Positions 9,278 through 15,848 of a stretch of 64,000 nucleotides of DNA are shown here, one piece after another. The stretch is from an uncultured Victivallales bacterium (GTDB lineage Bacteria > Verrucomicrobiota > Lentisphaeria > Victivallales > UBA1829). The stretch lies in assembly GCA_934644965.1 (NCBI GenBank), contig CAKUDG010000005.1:264-64263 (forward strand). Reading direction: 5' to 3'. The position numbers and the translations under genes are program-made. The notes under the pieces were generated by a model that saw only the letters and a program-made list of their open reading frames with translations, had not been told where the DNA came from and did not search any database. Numbering within the stretch: the stretch's first letter is position 1; the number at the start of each line of letters is the position of its first letter.

Positions 9278-10147
9278 TCAATCAAATTTCAACGGCCGGA
9301 ACATCGTGCCGATGCTTATGCCGGAATCTCCCTGGGCGGAATACGCCTCGTTCGCCAGCTGAGTCCTCGGAACGAATCCAGCATGACCGTCCAGAAACAA
9401 AACGTTGCAGCTTCCCATGTGCCTGCCTTCCACCAGATCCCTCAAACGGTCCTGATCATCCACTGTCCCCAAGGTCCGGTACCCTTTTGAAATCGCCTCC
9501 CACGCCGCGCCCGGAATATAATAGAGCCAGGTGGAAACGATGTGCCTTTTTCCCGAAAGAAGATTGTAATACACGTAATAATTGTTCCCGTGATCCAGAA
9601 CATGCGCCTTCGCGGACGGGTTCTTCGCAGCAGACAGTCTCCAGGGCGCACTCCCTTTCTGCAGAGTCGGCACATTGCCGGCCCCCAGCCCCTGATTGAC
9701 ATCATACATGGCATACGAGGCGGAGGAAGGCGGCAGACCGATCGTCCTGTTCCCCCCGCTCCCGCTGTAATCCAGAACCGCACGCGGACAGAGAAAAATT
9801 TTCACCACTGCCGGAATTCTGGTGGCGGGCAGACGGTCCAGATCCGTCTGTTCATACGGATGCCCCGCCTCCTCCAGCAGCAGACGGTACCAGCGCACAT
9901 CCCAGCTGTACGGGCCGCTCACATCGTTCCCGCAAATGATGTAAGACGGCGTCACAAATCCGTACGACGAAATATACGACTGTTCCAGCATGCCGATGTT
10001 TTTCAAATTTCCCATACAGAAAATCTTCTGGCTCGCATCCTTCGCCGATTTCAGCGCTGGCATGAGTAACGCCGCAAGGATAGCGATGATCGCAATCACC
10101 ACCAGAAGCTCGATCAGCGTGAAACTCCAGGCATTTCGGACATTCAC
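9278..10147 (-). CDS. pseudopilin-like protein, prepilin-type N-terminus + H-X9-DG (paralog C)
   Basis: A GTG at 10147 gives [32 protein letters not shown], a leader length matching paralogs A and [16 protein letters not shown] near the C-terminus. The ORF is open to ATG 10324, but that stretch is a structured leader. Confidence 0.8.
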   Translation of the reverse strand: MNVRNAWSFTLIELLVVIAIIAILAALLMPALKSAKDASQKIFCMGNLKNIGMLEQSYISSYGFVTPSYIICGNDVSGPYSWDVRWYRLLLEEAGHPYEQTDLDRLPATRIPAVVKIFLCPRAVLDYSGSGGNRTIGLPPSSASYAMYDVNQGLGAGNVPTLQKGSAPWRLSAAKNPSAKAHVLDHGNNYYVYYNLLSGKRHIVSTWLYYIPGAAWEAISKGYRTLGTVDDQDRLRDLVEGRHMGSCNVLFLDGHAGFVPRTQLANEAYSAQGDSGISIGTMFRPLKFD

Positions 10148-10279
10148 TCTTCTGCTTTCTCCACACGGCAGGAGGATACTTCCGGCAGGGAGGAAAGGCC
10201 CTCTTTCCTTCCGCCAGCTCTGCCGGAAAAATGCCGACAGGGGGGAGAAAAAGAAATATTCCTTCCAGATCCTGCACAT

Positions 10280-10303
10280 TCTTCCGGAAAGATCTTCCGG
10301 AAA
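10280..10303. promoter_or_regulatory. two tandem TCTTCCGGAAA boxes (each containing the palindrome TTCCGGAA), 13-nt period
   Basis: Plus strand TCTTCCGGAAA-GA-TCTTCCGGAAA, 133-156 nt upstream of the paralog C start. Confidence 0.3.
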
Positions 10304-10468
10304 TGGAAAATTCAAGTTCTGCATGATGCCTCAAATCCATTTCATTCTTTACTTTTTATTCTACATTCCTAAGTTTTTGATTCGTCGTATCTTTCCGTTG
10401 CATGGCAATACTGAAGATACATCATAAAATAAGGCTGCTGTCAAAAAAGCAAAGCGGAAGGGAAAAGC

Positions 10469-11473
10469 TCAGCCCGCCGCTCTTCTCTCCACATTGTTTT
10501 CTGTCCGGGAAGAGGAGGGTCCATTCTGCCGGCAGGAAAGCGGAATCACACTCATGGCCCGGTAATCCGCCCCGGATTCCAGACGAAGAAGCAGATCCGC
10601 CGCGCACTGCCAGAAATCTTTTTCAAAATCCGGTGAAAACGCCGCAATATGCGGAGTGAAAATCACGTTCTCCATGGCAAAGAGCGCATTGGAAACCGAA
10701 GGAGGTTCGGGATCGGTCACATCGAGGGCGGCTCCGGCAAGATGTCCGCTTCCAAGAGCCTCCAGAAGCGCAGACTCGTCCACAACTCCGCCCCGGGAGG
10801 TGTTGACCAGAAGCGCCCCGGGCTTCATCAAGGCGAATCGCTCCTCATTCATCAGATGTCTTGTGGATTCCGTCAGCGGACAATGGAGCGAGACAATGTC
10901 CGATTCCTGCAGAAGGCGCTCCAGCTCCATCGAATCGGGAACAAACGGGTCGAAATGGAGGATGTTCATGCGGAATCCGGAAAGCATCCGTTCCACATGG
11001 CGCGCAATTCTGCCGTAGCCGACGAGTCCGAGCGTCCTCCCGCGGACCTGACCGAGTTCCGGGCGGTTCCCCGAGTCCCAGACTCCGGACCGGACTTCCC
11101 TGTCCAGCATCGGAATCCTTCTCAGAAGCGAAAAGATCAAGGCCACCGCGTGTTCCGCCACCGCTTCCGCAATGGATTCGGGGGTATTGAGCACGGCGAT
11201 TCCGAGTTCACCGGCTCTTTTCAGCGGCAGGGCGTCGACACCGCTTCCGTTGCGGAGAAGCACGCGGCAGTTCGGGAGGCGGTCCAGAACACCCTCCGTC
11301 AGCGCGGGATTTGCCCCGAACATCCAGAGAATGTCCGCATCCGAAGCAAATTCCGCCAGTTCGTCGGACGTTTCACACTTCCGACAGATCAGCTCCATGC
11401 CCGCGTTCCGCAGCTGAGGAGGAATTTCCGGAGGAAGCTGGTTTTCCTCCGCGGAAATCATCGCACATTTCAT
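10469..11473 (-). CDS. D-isomer-specific 2-hydroxyacid dehydrogenase (CtBP/PGDH-like)
   Basis: NAD-binding GLVGYGRIARHVERML. Catalytic region NTSRGGVVDESALLEALGSGHLAGAALDVTDPEP and FTPHIAAFS. Its ATG overlaps the upstream stop (ATGA at 11470-11473). Confidence 0.9.
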   Translation of the reverse strand: MKCAMISAEENQLPPEIPPQLRNAGMELICRKCETSDELAEFASDADILWMFGANPALTEGVLDRLPNCRVLLRNGSGVDALPLKRAGELGIAVLNTPESIAEAVAEHAVALIFSLLRRIPMLDREVRSGVWDSGNRPELGQVRGRTLGLVGYGRIARHVERMLSGFRMNILHFDPFVPDSMELERLLQESDIVSLHCPLTESTRHLMNEERFALMKPGALLVNTSRGGVVDESALLEALGSGHLAGAALDVTDPEPPSVSNALFAMENVIFTPHIAAFSPDFEKDFWQCAADLLLRLESGADYRAMSVIPLSCRQNGPSSSRTENNVERRAAG

Positions 11474-12231
11474 TGACGCACCTCTTTCAGAAGATTCTGG
11501 TAGAATGCGTACTGACTTACACAGTCACCCGTCAGAGCAATCCAGTTGACTCCGCGCACCTTCCAGGCGGGGAAATTCCCCGCGGCGGTCCCCAGCATCA
11601 CACCCGCGGCCTTGGTTTTCCGGCAGATTTCGTCTATGACGCGGTTCAGTTCCGGATCGTCCATGCGGTTCAGGATCCCCATCGATCCGGAAAGGTCGCA
11701 GGGCCCCACGCAGATGCTGCCGATCCCGGGAACACGCAGAATCTCATCCAGATGGGGAAGAGCATCGATGTGCTCGATCTGGATAATCACCATCGGTTCT
11801 TCATCGGACTGTTTCAAGTAGTCGAAGAAATTCGTCTTTCCGTAACGGACTCCTCTCCGGACGCCGCATCCCCGTCTCCCGCGCAGCGGATAGCGGCATG
11901 CGGCAACCGCGGCCTCCGCCTCTTCCGCAGTGCAGACCATTGGAACAATCACCGCCGCAGGAGCCATGTCCAGAATCGGCTTGATCACCCAGTGTTCATT
12001 CCAGGGAACACGGACAAACGGCGCGCAGGACGTCCCACGGAGCGCCATGATATGCCCCAGGACGCTTTCTATGTTTAAAGGAGCATGTTCCATATCGATC
12101 CAGGTAAAATCCATCCCCGCGTCCGCAGCCAGTTCGCTGACAGCCGGATCACTCAGTGAAATGGAGGTGCCGATGGCTATTCTATTTTGGGCAATGCACT
12201 GTCTGAAGCGTTCAAGATTGTTAATTTCCAT
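11470..12231 (-). CDS. HpcH/HpaI-family 2-keto-3-deoxy-sugar-acid aldolase
   Basis: GTSISLSDPAVSELAADAGMDFTWIDMEHAPLN and RVPWNEHWVIKPILDMAPAAVIVPMV are family-typical. ATG 12231 is preceded by GGAGGAATT. The ORF extends to 12312 without support. Confidence 0.85.
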   Translation of the reverse strand: MEINNLERFRQCIAQNRIAIGTSISLSDPAVSELAADAGMDFTWIDMEHAPLNIESVLGHIMALRGTSCAPFVRVPWNEHWVIKPILDMAPAAVIVPMVCTAEEAEAAVAACRYPLRGRRGCGVRRGVRYGKTNFFDYLKQSDEEPMVIIQIEHIDALPHLDEILRVPGIGSICVGPCDLSGSMGILNRMDDPELNRVIDEICRKTKAAGVMLGTAAGNFPAWKVRGVNWIALTGDCVSQYAFYQNLLKEVRQ

Positions 12232-13003
12232 AATTCCTCCAATTCTCCACGGATAATCCGTGTTTCTTGTTTTGTTCAAAAAGCCATTGCGCGCATTCGC
12301 GCAGATTCCCATAAATAAGATCTTCTACCCCTTCGGAAAGACGAAAGAGCGGAACCGTCAGCCCCAGACTTCCCGCCGTCCTCCCGGAAAGATCGCTGAA
12401 CGGAACCGCATAGGATTTGATTTCCTCGTCCTCGTTCACCATCAGAGAAAGTTTTTTCTTCCGGATTTCCTCCAGTTCGCGTTTCAGGGCTTCCCGGCTG
12501 GCGCACCCTTCCTCCCACTGCATCGCGGAAGGAAGACCCCCGGAATCAATCAGGGCATCCAGTTCCATCGGAGTCAGCCCGGACAAAATCACTCGACCAG
12601 ATACACTGTGATACAGCGACAGACTGCTGTATACAGAAATATTCAGCACCAAACTCCGGGGAAACTGCGCCTGCGAAATAATCCTGACATTCTCATCCTG
12701 AAACACCGCTATCACAGCCGATTCCCTCGTCGCATTCGCAAGACGAACGCACGCCTCCATCGAAAGACGCTCCACCAGAGGATCCAGATGACTCCCATTC
12801 CCCAGATTCCTGAATTTCTCCGAAAGCATGTAGCCGCCGGATCCGTCATTCAGAACATACCCCAGCGAACACATTTCCTTCAGAATGTTGCAAAGCGTCG
12901 GCTTCGCAATCCCCGTCCGGGCACTCAGCGACTTCAATGTGATCTTCCTGTTGTAGCGAAGATATTCAACAATATTGAATACCTTCGGTATAATCTTGAT
13001 CAT
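12221..13003 (-). CDS. IclR-family transcriptional regulator
   Basis: N-terminal wHTH VFNIVEYLRYNRKITLKSLSARTGIAKPTLCNILKEMCSLGYV plus a C-terminal IclR-type effector domain. It overlaps the aldolase start by 11 nt. Confidence 0.9.
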   Translation of the reverse strand: MIKIIPKVFNIVEYLRYNRKITLKSLSARTGIAKPTLCNILKEMCSLGYVLNDGSGGYMLSEKFRNLGNGSHLDPLVERLSMEACVRLANATRESAVIAVFQDENVRIISQAQFPRSLVLNISVYSSLSLYHSVSGRVILSGLTPMELDALIDSGGLPSAMQWEEGCASREALKRELEEIRKKKLSLMVNEDEEIKSYAVPFSDLSGRTAGSLGLTVPLFRLSEGVEDLIYGNLRECAQWLFEQNKKHGLSVENWRNYGN

Positions 13004-13045
13004 CCCGGACGCTCCTGCATCTTCCTCGGTAAATCTTTTCCTTTC

Positions 13046-13073
13046 ATTATAGATAATTTTTCTGCCAAGTCAA
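13046..13073 (-). promoter_or_regulatory. sigma70-type promoter of the iclR-aldolase-dehydrogenase operon
   Basis: Minus strand TTGACT (13073-13068) - 16 nt - TATAAT (13051-13046), 43 nt upstream of the iclR ATG. Confidence 0.6.
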
Positions 13074-13111
13074 TTCTTTTCCCTTCTTTTTTCCTCTTTT
13101 TCAAGAAATCA

Positions 13112-13126
13112 TTTTACATTGTAAAA
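13112..13126. promoter_or_regulatory. 15-bp perfect palindrome TTTTACA-T-TGTAAAA (operator candidate)
   Basis: Read directly from the sequence. It lies 39 nt upstream of the -35 box and is followed by CAAAAA, as is the second copy. Confidence 0.4.
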
Positions 13127-13326
13127 CAAAAAAAACAAAAAAAACATCTCTACCTGATTTTTCCCATGAAAAAGCAGAAAAAACGGTCTCGGCTTCTGCG
13201 AAGGAAACAAAAAACCTTGCAAATCCATAAGTTCAGACATCCTGAGATTATGAAAAGGGCATGCCGGGAAAAACGGAAAAGCACCCCGGGAAGGAAAAGA
13301 GGGGGCTCATGAAATTTCACTCCATG

Positions 13327-13341
13327 TTTTATAATGTAAAA
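13327..13341. promoter_or_regulatory. second copy of the palindrome (TTTTATA-A-TGTAAAA, one mismatch)
   Basis: Shares A(T/A)TGTAAAACAAAAA with the copy at 13112, 215 nt away. Confidence 0.35.
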
Positions 13342-13724
13342 CAAAAATCCTCGGAAAGACAGAAACGGCCCCCCCTGCGCTCAGTCAGCAGCAAGGATCT
13401 GCAAGGGCGGAGCAAAAACTCCGCTTCCCGCGGGAGAACACGCAATCTCCGAGCCAGGAAAAGACGCTGAATCCCCCAGAACAGCAGGACTCTGTGGATC
13501 ATCAGGGGGATCAGAATCCAGGAAAGCGGATAGGAGAGTAGAAGATTCTCCATCGCCCTGTATGCGGAAAGATGGCGAGGACCCGCAAAACTCGGAAGGC
13601 ACAGGGAAAAATCATCGTGACAAACGGCGAAAGGAAGAAATCCCCCCAGTTCTCCCACTCCTCCATTGCCAATCTCCGTGAAAGCGCAGAGGATATACAT
13701 CGTGAAGAAGCAGAAGGGAAAAGC

Positions 13725-14711
13725 TCAGAAAGGCCATCTGAGCAACATGGCCCCCCAGGTGAGTCCGGCTCCAGCAGTGACGAGAAGCAGAAGATCCTCC
13801 TTTTTCAGTTTTCCCTCCCGTGCCATCTCATAAAGAGCCAGACCGATCGAAGCGGAACAGGTATTCCCGTGATGCTGAAGATTCACATACAGGCGGTCTT
13901 TCATCCCAAGATTCTGAGCAACCGCTTCCACAATCCGGATATTGGCCTGATGCGGCACCAGAAAACGGATTTCCTCCGGACGGACATGTGAAGAGGACAG
14001 CAGGGAAGAGGCGGATTCAGACATGCACTGAACGGCCTGTTTGAAAATCACCTTACCGTCCATCCGGACAAAATGTTCGCGATTCGCGACAGTTTCGGAA
14101 GTGGCTGGTTTCAGAGATCCTCCGGCGGGAATCTGAAGACGGTCGGCGAATTCCCCGTCCGAATACAGTTCGCACGCAGGAAAGTTTTCGGGAAGTCCGT
14201 CGTTGCGTTCGAGGAGGAATGCGCACGCGCCGTCTCCGAAGAGCACGCAGGTGTCGCGGCTTGTCCAGTCGACCATGGCGGACATCTTTTCCGAGGCAAC
14301 AACCAAAGCATAGCGGCAGTGTTCCATCACCCCCAGGAGTCCCCGCGCTGTCTGAAGCGCGTAAAGCAGACCGCTGCATGCCGCCTGAAGGTCGAAGGCA
14401 AACGCTTTTCTGCAATTCAGCGCCTGCTGAAGAAGACAGGCTCCCGCGGGAAAAATCTGTGTCGGTGAAGTGGAGCACATCACAATGCATCCCACTTCCT
14501 CAGCGCTCACTCCGGCGTGCCGGAGCGCCTCTTCCGCCGCCGCACGGCCCATGCTGATTATGCTTTCTTCCTCCCCGGCGATATGGCGGGAGAGAATCCC
14601 GGAACGCGTCCGGATCCATTCATCCGATGTATCCACCATGTGAGAAAGATCCTCATTCGTCAGAACAGTCTTTGGCGAACAGGCACCGATGCCGATAAGC
14701 TGTGTCTTCAT
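13725..14711 (-). CDS. fabH: 3-oxoacyl-ACP synthase III
   Basis: Active-site context FDLQAACSGLLYAL (Cys), HQANIRIVEAV (His) and NLQHHGNTCSASIGLAL (Asn), full length. Confidence 0.95.
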   Translation of the reverse strand: MKTQLIGIGACSPKTVLTNEDLSHMVDTSDEWIRTRSGILSRHIAGEEESIISMGRAAAEEALRHAGVSAEEVGCIVMCSTSPTQIFPAGACLLQQALNCRKAFAFDLQAACSGLLYALQTARGLLGVMEHCRYALVVASEKMSAMVDWTSRDTCVLFGDGACAFLLERNDGLPENFPACELYSDGEFADRLQIPAGGSLKPATSETVANREHFVRMDGKVIFKQAVQCMSESASSLLSSSHVRPEEIRFLVPHQANIRIVEAVAQNLGMKDRLYVNLQHHGNTCSASIGLALYEMAREGKLKKEDLLLLVTAGAGLTWGAMLLRWPF

Positions 14712-15294
14712 TTTGAATATACCCTCCCCCGTTTGACTTTTTTGCTGTCTCTTCTTTGATTTTTCCCGCTAGGACTTGTTTTCATGTCACGGGAGTGTTG
14801 TGAAGAACGGCACTGTGATGAAGCAGGCAAACCGCCGCCAGAGGGCTGCTTGCCCGGCGGACGTCTATAACCCGACCGATCCCCCTGGAGTCTGAAAATT
14901 TCTCCCCGTCAGACATGACTCCACTTCTGTTTTCCCGGACTCCGGACGGACGGGACAAGTCATTTCTTCCGCAACAAGTTTTTCATTCCTGCGGGATCTC
15001 CCATCTTGCCCTCTCATGAGGAATATACAGTGAAACGGGCGTTTTTCAAGTTTCCAGGATCAGTCTTCCTATCTCATTCGTCTTCCTTATCTTCTGGAAA
15101 ACCGGGGAGGAGTTCTTCCCCCCCGTTTCCGTACAATCCACTCTTCTTCCTTTCCGCAGAAGACTTGAGAAAGAGAAGGCTTTTTCTTCTTGCAATCGGG
15201 AAGAAAAAGCCGTATATTCCCAGACAGACATGAAAACGACACCCATACATGAAATCTGCAACGGGAGCAGAAAGCAGACGGGAGCAGAAAACTG

Positions 15295-15594
15295 ATGATA
15301 AAAACCCGGAAACTCGAAATCGAGGGAAAGAACTTTTCCGCAGTGGAAATCGGAACTCCCCACGGAACCATTCTTCTGATCCGCGGATCAAAATCCATTC
15401 TGGGATGCGGATATTTTTCCATCGAAACCGCAAACCGCCTTGGAGACCGTTTCGCACTCGTCACCGGAGTCCGGAACTGGGACGACATGCTCAATGCGTC
15501 CGTGAAAGACGCCAGTTCCCCCGCACTCGAAGCGGGCGTGCATCCCGGTTCATCGACCGGACGGGAGGCGCTTCTCCTGATGGAAAATTCCTGA
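15295..15594 (+). CDS. DUF1805 (YunC-like) domain protein
   Basis: ILLIRGSKSILGCGYFSIETANRLGDRFALVTGVRNWDDMLNASV matches the YunC/DUF1805 pattern. GGAG lies 11 nt upstream of the ATG. Confidence 0.75.
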   Translation: MIKTRKLEIEGKNFSAVEIGTPHGTILLIRGSKSILGCGYFSIETANRLGDRFALVTGVRNWDDMLNASVKDASSPALEAGVHPGSSTGREALLLMENS

Positions 15595-15848
15595 ATCCTA
15601 TTTTATTTGATGAAAACATCCTTCCCATCAAGATTCTTGAAAATCCATTCCATCGGAATCCCGCGGCGGAATCCGCCGGAATGTCTCCGGAAAGCGGAGC
15701 GGTTCTCCCGAGGGGGACTCGTCTCCGTCAGGAAGGAACTTTCCCGATGGCATATTGAACGTCTGTCCGTCCTTCCGGGCGCCTGTACAGGAGAAGGAGG
15801 TGCAGGAGAAGGAGGAAAAGAAGGCGAAGAAGAAGGAGATGCACAGCT

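Noticed and set aside
10148-10324. The 59-codon N-terminal extension of pseudopilin paralog C, from ATG 10324.
   Set aside because: It would give an implausibly long, non-basic prepilin leader. The stretch contains a strong hairpin and tandem palindromic boxes. A GTG at 10147 yields a leader matching paralogs A and B.
13329-13700. A 123-aa minus-strand ORF downstream of fabH, and other small ORFs in the spacers at 13004-13724 and 14712-15294.
   Set aside because: They have no RBS, no family resemblance, and odd composition. They overlap regulatory palindromes.
14770-14900. Possible SRP (4.5S) RNA, because of GAAGCAGGC on the plus strand and GCAAGCAGCC on the minus strand, which resemble the GGAAGCAGCC helix-8 motif.
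   Set aside because: No GNRA-type tetraloop with the expected closing pairs is present. The internal loops would be strongly asymmetric (8 versus 5 nt), and the 5' AGG side is not matched. I kept it only as an unclassified structured-RNA candidate.
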